Below are positions 1-9,402 of a stretch of DNA of 53,919 bases, piece by piece. Location: positions 1 through 53,919 of IMG/VR virus record IMGVR_UViG_3300032285_000220. The stretch is one strand, 5' to 3'. Under the pieces are notes generated by a model, which was given only the letters and a program-made list of their open reading frames with translations, was not told the origin of the DNA and ran no database searches. Numbering within the stretch: the stretch's first letter is position 1; every line of letters begins with the position of its first letter. The stretch comes from a virus. Lineage: Duplodnaviria > Caudoviricetes. Made by a program: the position numbers and the translations under genes.

Positions 1-690
1 GCTCGATACAATCATCAAACTATCGCTCTTGGCTTCAGCTTAACTGAAGAAGCTGTAGAAGATAACTTGTATGACACATTATCAGCTCGTTACACAAAAG
101 CTTTAGCTCGCGCTATGGCTTACACAAAACAAGTTAAAGCAGCTGCAGTATTAAACAATGGCTTCAACACTTCCGGTCAATACAACGGTGGTGATGGCGT
201 TTCATTATTTAACACAGCTCATCCACTTGTTTCTGGCGGTACAAACAGCAACACTCAATCAACTCCAACAGACTTGAACGAAACTTCATTGGAAAATGCA
301 GTTATTCAAATCGCAGCTTGGACTGATGAGCGTGGTCTCTTGATCGCTGCTCAACCACGTAAATTAGTTGTTCCACCAGCATTGCAATTCGTTGCAACTC
401 GCTTGTTAGAAACTGAATTACGTGTGTCAACAGCTGACAATGATATCAATGCAATTAAGAATAATGGTTCTATCCCAGAAGGTTACGCAATTAACCACTT
501 CTTAACAGATAGCAACGCTTACTTCTTAACAACTGATGTTCCTAACGGCATGAAGCACTTTGAACGTACTCCATTGTCTACATCTATGGATGGTGACTTT
601 GATACAGGTAACGTTCGTTACAAAGCTCGTGAACGTTATTCATTCGGTTGGTCAGATCCTCTCGGTATGTGGGGTTCACCAGGTGCTTAA
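1..690 (+). CDS. Major capsid protein, Mu gpT-like (5' truncated by window edge)
   Basis: The frame is open from base 1 (ARYNHQTIALGFSLTEEAVEDNLYD...). Motifs PRKLVVPPALQF and DFDTGNVRYKARERYSFGWSDP are typical of this MCP family. A strong terminator follows. Confidence 0.85.
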   Translation, partial: ARYNHQTIALGFSLTEEAVEDNLYDTLSARYTKALARAMAYTKQVKAAAVLNNGFNTSGQYNGGDGVSLFNTAHPLVSGGTNSNTQSTPTDLNETSLENAVIQIAAWTDERGLLIAAQPRKLVVPPALQFVATRLLETELRVSTADNDINAIKNNGSIPEGYAINHFLTDSNAYFLTTDVPNGMKHFERTPLSTSMDGDFDTGNVRYKARERYSFGWSDPLGMWGSPGA

Positions 691-713
691 TTAGCAACTG
701 GCTACGTACTATT

Positions 714-749
714 AAGAGGGCTTGCTTAAAACGCAGGCCCTTTTTCTTT
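714..749 (+). terminator. Rho-independent terminator after MCP
   Basis: GGGCTTGC (718-725) pairs with GCAGGCCC (733-740), followed by TTTTTCTTT. Confidence 0.8.
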
Positions 750-755
750 ATAAAA

Positions 756-796
756 TATGATATAATGCTTGCAAATAGTATCTATTCAGGTATTAT
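756..796 (+). promoter_or_regulatory. Candidate sigma70-type promoter(s) upstream of the structured RNA
   Basis: Extended -10 TGATATAAT at 758-766; also TTGCAA (769-774)-16 nt-TATTAT (791-796). Confidence 0.45.
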
Positions 797-804
797 TTGG
801 GAAT

Positions 805-877
805 CCGGGTTACCCGGTTTATTAGACTGTCCCGGCAGACGCATAAAAGACTAATGAACCTAACTTTTTATGAAGGA
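805..877 (+). ncRNA. Structured RNA, probably the Mu-gpT-DE motif
   Basis: 10-bp stem 816-825/851-860, inner hairpin 827-838, and two possible pseudoknots (805-809/831-835; 842-848/866-872). Its position just downstream of a gpT-like gene matches the described context of Mu-gpT-DE RNAs. Confidence 0.6.
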
Positions 878-885
878 AAATAATT

Positions 886-1365
886 ATGTCAAGAACCACG
901 TTCTCAGGCCCAGTCAAATCTGGTACTAACCGTTACTCTCCATACTACAATGCAGGTACAACAGTATTAGCTCAAAGTACAGCTTTTGCTTTTACAGCTG
1001 CAGGTACAACAACTAATACACTTTATATACCTAATGCAAGTCAAATTTTAAGCATTACATTTGATACTACAACAGCATTTACAGGTGGTACAGGTGCTGT
1101 TACAGTTGGTAATGTTGCATCAGGTACTCAATATGCTTCATCTACAACAGTTACTTCAGGTGGTCGTACAACTCCAACATTTACAGCTGCTCAATTAACA
1201 GCTATGTTATCAACTCCAGTTGATGTAGCAGCAGTGAATAGCCAACAAGCATGTTCAACTATTGCAGTAACCGCCGTTGCAGGTACAGGCGTAACAGCAG
1301 GTAATTTAGTAGTTACAGTTACATATATTCAATCTGATGATCGTTCAGCATTTGGTCAACAATAA
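886..1365 (+). CDS. Putative capsid decoration/virion structural protein
   Basis: AAGGA RBS; Thr/Ala/Gly-rich beta-type composition; N-terminus MSRTTFSGPVKS; position right after MCP. Confidence 0.55.
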   Translation: MSRTTFSGPVKSGTNRYSPYYNAGTTVLAQSTAFAFTAAGTTTNTLYIPNASQILSITFDTTTAFTGGTGAVTVGNVASGTQYASSTTVTSGGRTTPTFTAAQLTAMLSTPVDVAAVNSQQACSTIAVTAVAGTGVTAGNLVVTVTYIQSDDRSAFGQQ

Positions 1366-1372
1366 TTAGTCT

Positions 1373-1395
1373 AGGGGGGTTCGCCCCCCTTTCTT
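1373..1395 (+). terminator. Rho-independent terminator
   Basis: AGGGGGG-TTCG-CCCCCCT hairpin followed by TTCTT. Confidence 0.75.
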
Positions 1396-1415
1396 AAACA
1401 CAAAGGAGATTAATT

Positions 1416-1925
1416 ATGATGCAATATGATGTAAAACAAGGCCATTTAGATCAAAGCGGCTACTATGTAAAATATCCGGTACGCGTTAAAGGCGTATCAT
1501 TTACAGGTACAGCTTCTGCTGGATATCTAATTCTATTTGATACCTTATCAACCCCAGTATCTGCTTCTGTAACCTATGCTCGTTCTGGTACTACTGTAAC
1601 TGTTACTAAGGTAGCTCACGGTTTAAATACTGGTGATAGTATAGGCATACATTTTGAAGCTGGCACAGGTGGTATAGCTACTGATGGTACATATGTTATT
1701 ACTAAAACAGGCGCAGATACATTTACTTTAACTGATATTAATACAGGTACTATTACAGGCGGTACAGCTATTTATGCACTTGGTAGATGGTTAATGACAT
1801 ATCAATCAACAGCTGGCGATACTTATAATAACGTACCTTTTATTCCAGGTGAAGGTGTTTATGCGCAAAATGGCGTATACGGTTACTTATCTAATGTAGA
1901 CGCAGCACAAATATTCTATGGCTAA
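1416..1925 (+). CDS. Virion structural protein with FCCH-like beta insertion
   Basis: AAGGAG RBS; motif TVTKVAHGLNTGDSI...YVITKTGADTFTL is common in phage structural proteins. Confidence 0.55.
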   Translation: MMQYDVKQGHLDQSGYYVKYPVRVKGVSFTGTASAGYLILFDTLSTPVSASVTYARSGTTVTVTKVAHGLNTGDSIGIHFEAGTGGIATDGTYVITKTGADTFTLTDINTGTITGGTAIYALGRWLMTYQSTAGDTYNNVPFIPGEGVYAQNGVYGYLSNVDAAQIFYG

Positions 1926-2181
1926 TAAGAAAAAAGGTCCTAGCTTAGCAGTTGGACGTGGTGAGAAGCTCCCTGTGTCTAAAGGCGCAGGTCTTACCGC
2001 TAAAGGACGTGCTAAATATAATGCAGCAACAGGATCAAATTTAAAGGCTCCTCAACCACAAGGTGGACCTCGTAAGAAGTCATTTTGTGCAAGGATGTCT
2101 GGAATGCCTGGTCCTATGAAAGATGAAAAAGGTAGACCCACTCGTAAGGCTGCTTCTTTAAAAAGGTGGAATTGTAAATGA
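1918..2181 (+). CDS. Small basic phage protein (DUF6321-like)
   Basis: Lys/Arg-rich; motif RKKSFCARMSG...PTRKAASLKRWNC. Confidence 0.55.
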   Translation: MANKKKGPSLAVGRGEKLPVSKGAGLTAKGRAKYNAATGSNLKAPQPQGGPRKKSFCARMSGMPGPMKDEKGRPTRKAASLKRWNCK

Positions 2182-2369
2182 TAAAACAAATAAATGATGT
2201 TAACGAACATACAAAGCATCTTATTGATGGCGCTTCTATTGCTACTGTTATGGGAACGCTAATGAATTGGTTACCAGCAGTCGCTGCACTATTTTCAATC
2301 GTATGGACAGCTATTCGTATATATGAAACTAAAACTGTTCAAAAATGGTTAAAAAAAGATGCCGAGTAA
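2178..2369 (+). CDS. Small membrane protein (holin-like)
   Basis: Hydrophobic segment(s) IATVMGTLMNWLPAVAALFSIVWTAI with a basic C-terminus; overlaps both neighbours. Confidence 0.55.
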   Translation: MIKQINDVNEHTKHLIDGASIATVMGTLMNWLPAVAALFSIVWTAIRIYETKTVQKWLKKDAE

Positions 2370-2739
2370 ATCAAAAGCACAACATAATTTAATGGCAGCT
2401 GCGGCTCACAACCCAGCATTTGCTAAGAAGGTCGGTGTTCCTGTAAGTGTCGCTCAGGAATTTAACAAAGCGGACAAAGGTAAAAAATTTGGGAGTGGTG
2501 GTATGGCTAAATCAGACATGAAAGAAGATTCAAAAATGGACATGGCTCAAGACAAAGCTATGATTAAATCAGCAATCAAACAGCATGATGACCAATTACA
2601 TGGTGGTAAAAAAACAACTTTAAAATTAGCTAAAGGTGGTTCAGCTTCATCACGTGCTGATGGATGTGCTACTAAAGGTAAAACAAAAGGTACTATTATC
2701 TCCATGTGTGGTGGCGGTATGTATAAAAAAGGTAAATAA
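2359..2739 (+). CDS. Small Lys-rich protein with RADGC-x-TKGKTKG motif
   Basis: Genome-typical codon usage; C-terminal motif shared with 2742-2987. Confidence 0.7.
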   Translation: MPSKSKAQHNLMAAAAHNPAFAKKVGVPVSVAQEFNKADKGKKFGSGGMAKSDMKEDSKMDMAQDKAMIKSAIKQHDDQLHGGKKTTLKLAKGGSASSRADGCATKGKTKGTIISMCGGGMYKKGK

Positions 2740-2741
2740 AT

Positions 2742-2987
2742 ATGGATAAAGACGCTGAAAAAAGATATGAAAATCTAACGCCAAAAGAAAAATATGATTC
2801 AGCTATTGAAGCGGATAAAGCTCCTTGGAATCCATTAAAAGCTGCAAAAGAAATGATAGTAGAAAAGATTTCTCCTAAAAAAGAAGAAATGAAACCTGTT
2901 AAAAAAATGGCTAAAGGTGGCATGACTGCTTCTAAACGTGCTGATGGTTGTTGCACTAAAGGTAAAACTAAAGGAAGGATTGTTTAA
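2742..2987 (+). CDS. Small Lys-rich protein with RADGC-x-TKGKTKG motif
   Basis: Paralogous C-terminus AKGGMTASKRADGCCTKGKTKG. Confidence 0.7.
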   Translation: MDKDAEKRYENLTPKEKYDSAIEADKAPWNPLKAAKEMIVEKISPKKEEMKPVKKMAKGGMTASKRADGCCTKGKTKGRIV

Positions 2988-2989
2988 TC

Positions 2990-3166
2990 ATGGCAGAAAA
3001 ATGGATTCAAAAAGCAATATCAAAACCAGGATCATTAAAAAAATCACTTGGTGTTAAAAAAGGTGAAAAAATTCCAGCTGGTAAATTAGCTAAAGCTGCT
3101 AAATCAAAAGGTAAAATGGGTCAACGAGCTCGTTTAGCTGAAACTTTAAAAGGTCTTAAAAAATAA
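2990..3166 (+). CDS. Small Lys-rich protein, 58 aa (not in ORF track)
   Basis: Translated by hand: MAEKWIQKAISKPGSLKKSLGVKKGEKIPAGKLAKAAKSKGKMGQRARLAETLKGLKK. AAGGA upstream; TAATG coupling to the next gene. Confidence 0.75.
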   Translation: MAEKWIQKAISKPGSLKKSLGVKKGEKIPAGKLAKAAKSKGKMGQRARLAETLKGLKK

Positions 3167-3426
3167 TGAGACCTTCACGTGGTATGGGCGCTATAAAGAA
3201 AACTAAAATTCCTAGTGCTACTGAAAATACTATGCCTAAAGGCAAGGTTAAAGCTCGTCGTGATAACACAGACTTTACTCAGTTTAAAGAAGGTGGACCT
3301 GTAGGACTTTATGCAAATATAAATGCTCGTAAGAAAAAGGGAATATCTAGATCTAAATCAAAATCAACAATAGACCCTAAAGCATATGCAAATATGAAAG
3401 CAGGCTTCCCTAAAGGTAAAAAATAA
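3166..3426 (+). CDS. Small Lys-rich protein
   Basis: TAATG coupling on both sides; motifs RGMGA and GLYANINARKK. Confidence 0.7.
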   Translation: MRPSRGMGAIKKTKIPSATENTMPKGKVKARRDNTDFTQFKEGGPVGLYANINARKKKGISRSKSKSTIDPKAYANMKAGFPKGKK

Positions 3427-4367
3427 TGGTAGATAGAACCTCAGGTGTAAGTACCTTTAATTTAGATTTAAATAATCTAGTTGAAGACGCATTTGAAAGA
3501 TGTGGTCAAGAACTTCGTACAGGTTATGATTTAAGAACCGCAAGGCGCTCCCTTAATATTATGACTGCTGAATGGGCCAATCGTGGTATTAACTTGTGGA
3601 CTGTAGAACCTGGTCAAATTACGTTAAACCAAAATCAAATTATGTATGCATTGCCTACTGATACAGTAGACTTGCTTGATATGGTGACACGTACTCAAAC
3701 CGGTGTAAACCAGCAAGATATTAATATTAATCGTATTAGCGAGTCAACCTATATTACAATACCTAATAAAAATGCTACAGGTCGTCCTATTCAAGTTTGG
3801 ATTAATAGACAAAGTGGTCAGGAAAACCCTACTAATATTCTTTTAAAACAAACTTTAACTGCTACTGCATCAACAGCAGCTAATCCACAAACAATTACTT
3901 TATCAAGTACAGTAGGTTTAGCTCAATTTGGATTTATTAAAATTGGTGAAGAAACAATTCAGTATGGCGGAGTAAGCGGTAATACAATTACAGGATGTAT
4001 TAGAGCAGTTAATAATACAACACTAGCTACCCATGCAATTGATGACAAAATTTATGTACAAAATTTACCTACAGTAAATGTATGGCCTGCTCCAGATCAA
4101 AGTAATTTTTACACGTTTGTGTATTACAGATTAAGACGAATTCAAGACGCAGGTAATGGAGTAACTGTAGAAGATATTCCATTTAGATTTATTCCATGCA
4201 TGGTTGCAGGATTAGCTTATTATTTAAGCCTTAAATTACCAGGTGCTGAAATGAGAATTGAAATGTTAAAAGCCGCATATGAGGAAGCATTTCAGTTAGC
4301 AGCTGATGAAGATAGAGAAAAAGCATCTGTTAGGTTTGTACCTAGAGACTCTTTCTATTATTTTTAG
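3426..4367 (+). CDS. Putative head-tail connector/virion structural protein
   Basis: N-terminus FNLDLNNLVEDAFERCG...ARRSLN...WANRGINLW and C-terminus PFRFIPCMVAGLAYY are typical of podovirus neck proteins; position in the late operon. Confidence 0.55.
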   Translation: MVDRTSGVSTFNLDLNNLVEDAFERCGQELRTGYDLRTARRSLNIMTAEWANRGINLWTVEPGQITLNQNQIMYALPTDTVDLLDMVTRTQTGVNQQDININRISESTYITIPNKNATGRPIQVWINRQSGQENPTNILLKQTLTATASTAANPQTITLSSTVGLAQFGFIKIGEETIQYGGVSGNTITGCIRAVNNTTLATHAIDDKIYVQNLPTVNVWPAPDQSNFYTFVYYRLRRIQDAGNGVTVEDIPFRFIPCMVAGLAYYLSLKLPGAEMRIEMLKAAYEEAFQLAADEDREKASVRFVPRDSFYYF

Positions 4368-4375
4368 GAATTTAA

Positions 4376-4807
4376 ATGCCTATTAAATATGCTAGTGGTA
4401 AAAACTCTATTGCCCAATGCGATAGATGTAATTTTAGATATCCACTAAAACAACTAAGACGCTTAGTAATTAAGACAAAAAATGTTAATATACTGGTATG
4501 TCCTGAATGCTGGGAACCGGATCAGCCACAATTATCACTAGGTTTATACCCAGTTAATGATCCGCAAGCAATACGTAATCCAAGACCTGATAGTCCTAGT
4601 TATTATCAATCAGGTTTAAATGGATTACAAATAACGGAACAAACTGGTCCAGGAGTGGATTCAACAGGTGTTCCAATGGGTGGAAGTAGAATAATTCAAT
4701 GGGGCTGGCAGCCAGTAGGTGGAGCTAGTTTTTTTGATGCAGCATTAACACCAAATTATTTGGTTGCAACAGGCGTAGTAGCAAATGTAACAGTAACAAC
4801 AACATAA
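4376..4807 (+). CDS. Hypothetical protein with N-terminal CxxC...CxxC Zn-ribbon
   Basis: CDRC...VCPECWEPDQPQ; AGGA RBS. Confidence 0.6.
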   Translation: MPIKYASGKNSIAQCDRCNFRYPLKQLRRLVIKTKNVNILVCPECWEPDQPQLSLGLYPVNDPQAIRNPRPDSPSYYQSGLNGLQITEQTGPGVDSTGVPMGGSRIIQWGWQPVGGASFFDAALTPNYLVATGVVANVTVTTT

Positions 4808-4818
4808 GGAGAAATAAC

Positions 4819-5013
4819 ATGGCATTTAGAAAAGCAGCTGACGGTATTACCAAACAAGGTAAAACTAAAGGTAAAAATTTAGGTGATGATGGAGCTAAAG
4901 TTGGTATTCAAACAGGCCCAAAATCAAGTGGTAGCAAAGGTGGTAAAACTAATGCTGACATGAAAAAAATGGGTCGAGGATTAGCTAAAATTGCAGCACA
5001 GAAAAAAGGATAA
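4819..5013 (+). CDS. Small Lys-rich protein (ADG...GKTKG motif)
   Basis: AAGGAG RBS; ADGITKQGKTKG resembles the motif of 2359-2987. Confidence 0.7.
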   Translation: MAFRKAADGITKQGKTKGKNLGDDGAKVGIQTGPKSSGSKGGKTNADMKKMGRGLAKIAAQKKG

Positions 5014-5018
5014 TAATC

Positions 5019-5240
5019 ATGGCAGAATACAAACAACCTATCGTTGTGCCTAATGCTGATATTGAGTTTTCTCAAGATCCAAACAAATTAAAAGCTCAAC
5101 AACTTAATCATGGTACTGGCAGACAACGTGTTAGTGCAGGTGATCCTGGTTCTAAAGCAATTAATAGACATGGTGAAATGAAAATTCGCGGTACAGGTGC
5201 AGCTACAAAAGGTGTTAAAAGTCGCGGTCCGATGGCGTAA
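5019..5240 (+). CDS. Small basic protein (RGTGAATKG motif)
   Basis: AAGGA RBS; basic C-terminus. Confidence 0.65.
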   Translation: MAEYKQPIVVPNADIEFSQDPNKLKAQQLNHGTGRQRVSAGDPGSKAINRHGEMKIRGTGAATKGVKSRGPMA

Positions 5241-5243
5241 TAC

Positions 5244-5879
5244 ATGAATTATTCGCAGCTAGTTACAGAGATACAGAACTATACAGAGAACCAGTTCACG
5301 ACTGATGTAGTAAATACGTTTATTACTCAAGCTGAACAAAGGATCTATAATACAGTTCAATTACCGGCATTACGTAAGAATGTCACAGGCACAACTACAG
5401 CTGGTAATAAGTATCTAGCTATGCCTACTAATTGGTTAGCTACGTTTAGCTTAGCGATTATTAATGGGGCTAATGAGTATACCTATCTTTTAAATAAAGA
5501 TGTAAACTTTATTAGACAGTCTTATCCAGATACGGATTCTGACTTTTATGGAACCCCTGCTTATTATGCAGTGTTTGATCAGAACTCATTTATTATGGGA
5601 CCTACTCCAGACGCTTCATACGCAGTTGAGCTTCATTATTTTTATTATCCTGAGTCTATTACAACTGCAGGTACATCTTGGTTAGGTGATAATTTTAGTT
5701 CTACATTATTATATGGCTCATTATTAGAAGCTTATACTTACATGAAGGGCGAAGCAGATGTAATGGCTAATTATAAAGCTAGATACGATGAAGCTATGGT
5801 TCTATTGAAACAACTTTCAGACGGCAAAGATAGACAAGATGCATATAGGAGTGGGCAGGTTAGATACCCAGTTAAATAA
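5244..5879 (+). CDS. Putative head-tail adaptor (tail tubular protein A-like)
   Basis: MNYSQLVTEIQNYTE...FITQAEQRI; GPTPD...VELHYFY.P; LLYGSLLEA pattern of phage adaptor proteins. Confidence 0.6.
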   Translation: MNYSQLVTEIQNYTENQFTTDVVNTFITQAEQRIYNTVQLPALRKNVTGTTTAGNKYLAMPTNWLATFSLAIINGANEYTYLLNKDVNFIRQSYPDTDSDFYGTPAYYAVFDQNSFIMGPTPDASYAVELHYFYYPESITTAGTSWLGDNFSSTLLYGSLLEAYTYMKGEADVMANYKARYDEAMVLLKQLSDGKDRQDAYRSGQVRYPVK

Positions 5880-6307
5880 TGGCAATAGGACAAACCCAAA
5901 CTACTATATTTAAACTTAATTTGTTAAAGGCACTAGAGAACTTTAATGCTGGTACTCCTTATACATATAAAATAGCGCTTTATACAGCAAATGCTACTTT
6001 AAACGAAACAACAACTGCTTATACTACAGAAGGTGAAATTACTGGTACTGGATATACTGCAGGTGGAAAGACTTTAACAATAACAGGGTTGGGAAGTGAT
6101 ACGACTAACAATACAGCATATGTATCATTTTTAGATGTAACTTGGAACCCTGCAAATTTTACTACTGCTGGAGCTTTGATATATAATAGCACTACAAATG
6201 CGGCTGTCTGTATATTAAATTTTGGTAGTGATAAAACCGCAAAAAGTACATTTACAATAACATTTCCATCAGCAACCTCAACCACTGCTGTATTAAGAAT
6301 TAATTAA
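5879..6307 (+). CDS. Virion structural/tail-associated protein
   Basis: YKIALYT...GTGYTAGG...GALIYNST...LNFGSDKT pattern; TAATG coupling. Confidence 0.6.
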   Translation: MAIGQTQTTIFKLNLLKALENFNAGTPYTYKIALYTANATLNETTTAYTTEGEITGTGYTAGGKTLTITGLGSDTTNNTAYVSFLDVTWNPANFTTAGALIYNSTTNAAVCILNFGSDKTAKSTFTITFPSATSTTAVLRIN

Positions 6308-6317
6308 GGAGTCAATT

Positions 6318-6929
6318 ATGAATCAAAGAGAACAAGGCGGATTTGGCGATCAAGCTACCATTACTTTAAATGCTGGTGCGAATGCTAATGAAACTGTAGG
6401 TATTGAAGGCGTTTACAAAGTTGAATGCCGTGATGCAGCAGGTAATTTAAAATGGGAAGAATCATTTCCTAACCTAGTAAACGCTGGTGGTAAAGAGTTA
6501 ATGTTAAATACATTACTTGTAACTGCTTCAGGTTACACAAGAGTGGGTCCATATTTAGGTTTAATTTCAGGTGCTTCACCAACATTTACAGCTGCTGATA
6601 CAATGACATCACACGCTGGATGGACAGAATTTACTAACTACACAGTAGGTGGTTCAGCAGTACGAGGTACAGCTACATTTAGCTCATCAACTTCATCTGG
6701 CTCAACACCAACTAATGTAACAACATGTGCAGCAGCTGCGATTACTTACACTATTACAGGTGGCGGTGGTACAGTAGGCGGTTGTTTCTTAGTAACAGGT
6801 ACTGGTGCTTCAAGTGCACAATCTAATACTGGTGGTACATTGTATTCTGCAGGTGCATTTACAACAGCTAAAATTACAACAGCTGGCGATACAGTTTCAG
6901 TTACATACTCTACAACTGCAACAAGCTAA
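6318..6929 (+). CDS. Virion structural/tail-associated protein
   Basis: AAGGAG RBS; WEESFPNLVN.GG and GDTVSVTY motifs; Gly/Thr-rich. Confidence 0.6.
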   Translation: MNQREQGGFGDQATITLNAGANANETVGIEGVYKVECRDAAGNLKWEESFPNLVNAGGKELMLNTLLVTASGYTRVGPYLGLISGASPTFTAADTMTSHAGWTEFTNYTVGGSAVRGTATFSSSTSSGSTPTNVTTCAAAAITYTITGGGGTVGGCFLVTGTGASSAQSNTGGTLYSAGAFTTAKITTAGDTVSVTYSTTATS

Positions 6930-6938
6930 GGAGCTTAA

Positions 6939-8066
6939 ATGGCTCTCGTAGTCAAGGATCGGGTACAGGAAAACACCACCACGAGTGGTACGGGTACGCT
7001 TACGCTATCAGGCGCAGTACCTGGGTATCAGACCTTTTCCTCTGCAATAGGTAACGGCAATACTACTTTCTATACTATCTACGATAACGTAGCTCAAAGT
7101 TGGGAAGTAGGTATTGGTACTGTCGGTGCTGGTACTTTAGCTCGTACAACTGTTTTATCTTCTTCTGCTGGTGGTACAACTAAGATTACTTTGGCTGGTA
7201 ATACAGCTTCTGTATTTTGTACATATCCTGCGGAACAATCAGTAAACCTTGACGCTTCAAACAATGTCTCTCCATTAGGTACAATCGCTTCTGGTACTTG
7301 GCAAGGTACAACTGTAGGTGTTGCTTATGGCGGTACAGGAGTTACTGCATCCTCTGGTGCTAACTCTGTAATGTTAAGAGACGCTAATCAAAACGTAGCT
7401 GTTAATAGATTAAATCAAACAAGCAACACAATCACAGCTTCAGGCGGTACTACAACATTAACTGCTGCATCTGCATTTAGCCAAATATTAAATGGCACAG
7501 GTGGGCAAACATTTAGATTACCTGACGCCACTACACTTACCAATACTACAACATTTGAATTTAACAATAATGCTACTGGCACTTTAACAATTGTTGATAA
7601 TGCGAGTGGACCTGTGGGCACAATATCTTCAGGTGGTGCAGCAGCAATTGCTTTATTATCTAATGGTACTGTAGGTGGCACATGGGACGTTCATGCGTAT
7701 ATTCCTGAGAATGTTACTTGGGGTACAAATTCATTAGTTTTAGGTTCAACTGTTATTACAGGCGGAACATGGAATGGAGGTACAATAGGAACTGCTTATG
7801 GAGGTACCGGATTAACCTCTTTCTCTGCAGCTAATTATGCGTTATACTCTACATCATCAAGCACGTTAGTTGCTGGAACTTTACCCATAGCAGCGGGCGG
7901 TACAGGACAAACAACAGCAAATACTGCGTTTAATGCATTAGCACCAAGTCAATCCACGAATAGTGGTAAATATTTAACCACAGATGGCACCAATACTTCA
8001 TGGGCTACTGTAAGTGCAGGTGATCCTACTGGTACTGCATTATTCTTATCAACAATGTTAGGCTAA
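6939..8066 (+). CDS. Tail fibre protein
   Basis: MALVVKDRVQENTTTSGTGTLTL N-terminus; repeated GTW(Q/N)G-x-T(V/I)G-x-AYGGTG and LPIAAGGTG fibre motifs. Confidence 0.7.
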   Translation: MALVVKDRVQENTTTSGTGTLTLSGAVPGYQTFSSAIGNGNTTFYTIYDNVAQSWEVGIGTVGAGTLARTTVLSSSAGGTTKITLAGNTASVFCTYPAEQSVNLDASNNVSPLGTIASGTWQGTTVGVAYGGTGVTASSGANSVMLRDANQNVAVNRLNQTSNTITASGGTTTLTAASAFSQILNGTGGQTFRLPDATTLTNTTTFEFNNNATGTLTIVDNASGPVGTISSGGAAAIALLSNGTVGGTWDVHAYIPENVTWGTNSLVLGSTVITGGTWNGGTIGTAYGGTGLTSFSAANYALYSTSSSTLVAGTLPIAAGGTGQTTANTAFNALAPSQSTNSGKYLTTDGTNTSWATVSAGDPTGTALFLSTMLG

Positions 8067-8069
8067 ATT

Positions 8070-8393
8070 ATGGCATATACCAATACCTCATATGTATCAA
8101 GAAACGTAGGCACATCGCCTGTATCGTTAACTACTGTAGCTTCCGCTACTACTGCTACGCTGACTAGCTTTGTTGTAGCTAATACAACTACTTCTCCTAT
8201 TACTTGTGATGTTTATGTGACTCGTTCAGCATCTAACTACTACATTGTAAAAGGTGCAACAGTACCTGTAGGTGGCTCATTAGAAGTCATGCAAGGTAAT
8301 AGAATTGTTTTAATTGCAAGTGATTCATTAAGTGTAGTAACAAGCACTGCAGCTTCTGCAGATGTAATAGCATCGGTATTATTAGCGACCTAA
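8070..8393 (+). CDS. Small tail-associated beta protein
   Basis: Ser/Thr/Val-rich, 107 aa, tightly packed in the tail operon. Confidence 0.55.
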   Translation: MAYTNTSYVSRNVGTSPVSLTTVASATTATLTSFVVANTTTSPITCDVYVTRSASNYYIVKGATVPVGGSLEVMQGNRIVLIASDSLSVVTSTAASADVIASVLLAT

Positions 8394-8394
8394 T

Positions 8395-9402
8395 ATGGCA
8401 TTCATTGGAAATACAAATATAACCCAAAGTTTTACACCAGCCATTGATTACTTCAGTGGTAATGGTTCTTCTACGGCATTTACTTTATCACGCCCAGTAG
8501 CTTCTGTTGCACAAGTACAAGTTCATATTGATAACGTAGCTCAAAATCCTTCAACAGCTTATACCGTATCTGGCAATACCATAACATTCACAAGTGCACC
8601 ATTAAGTGGCACTAACAATATTTATGTTTACTACACAAGTCCTATTACTCAAGTTATTCAGCCAAGTCAAGGTACTGTAGGAACTTCTCAATTAAATACA
8701 ACAGGAACTGCTTCATCGTCTACGTATCTTCGTGGCGATATGGCTTGGTCTACAATAGATGCATTACCAAGTCAATCTGGGAATAGTGGAAAATATCTAA
8801 CTACTAATGGATCAACAGCTTCATGGGGCAGTACGACAGGCTCAGGTAATGTTGTTTTAGCAACAAGCCCTACATTAGTTACACCCACTATTTCTGGTAA
8901 TGTAACTGGATTAACATCAGCTAGTTTGCCAACAGGCTCTGTATTACAAGTAGTAAGTACAACTAAGTCTGATACTTGGTCAGCATCATTACCAAACTGG
9001 GCAGATATTACTGGTATGTCTTTATCAATTACGCCATCAAGTGCATCAAATAAAATACTCGTCATAGTTAATTTATCATTTATGGTGACTGACGGTGCTG
9101 CTCATGGTTATAGACTAGTAAGAAATTCTACTCCCATCTCTATTGCTGATGCAGCGGGTTCTAGACCTTTGTTTTCTGGTATGGTACAAGATGGTAATAT
9201 TAATACAAGTTTTATATTAAACTCAGCCACAACTTATTTAGATTCGCCAGCAACAACATCTGCTACTACGTATAAATTACAAGCGTTCGCTACATATTCA
9301 GCTGCCATGTTTTATGTAAATTTATCAGCTGCAGATAGAAATGCTTCACAATATGATGGTAGAACTGTATCATCAATTACAGCTATGGAGATAAAAGGAT
9401 AA
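8395..9402 (+). CDS. Tail fibre protein
   Basis: N-terminal domain paralogous to 10987-12507; C-terminal GSVLQVVS...ITPSSASNKILV...LDSPATTSATTYKLQ...SITAMEI receptor-binding-type domain. Confidence 0.7.
   Translation: MAFIGNTNITQSFTPAIDYFSGNGSSTAFTLSRPVASVAQVQVHIDNVAQNPSTAYTVSGNTITFTSAPLSGTNNIYVYYTSPITQVIQPSQGTVGTSQLNTTGTASSSTYLRGDMAWSTIDALPSQSGNSGKYLTTNGSTASWGSTTGSGNVVLATSPTLVTPTISGNVTGLTSASLPTGSVLQVVSTTKSDTWSASLPNWADITGMSLSITPSSASNKILVIVNLSFMVTDGAAHGYRLVRNSTPISIADAAGSRPLFSGMVQDGNINTSFILNSATTYLDSPATTSATTYKLQAFATYSAAMFYVNLSAADRNASQYDGRTVSSITAMEIKG

Noticed and set aside
648-854. 68-aa ORF overlapping the MCP end
   Set aside because: It spans a terminator, promoter-like boxes and the structured RNA, and has no RBS or protein-like composition.
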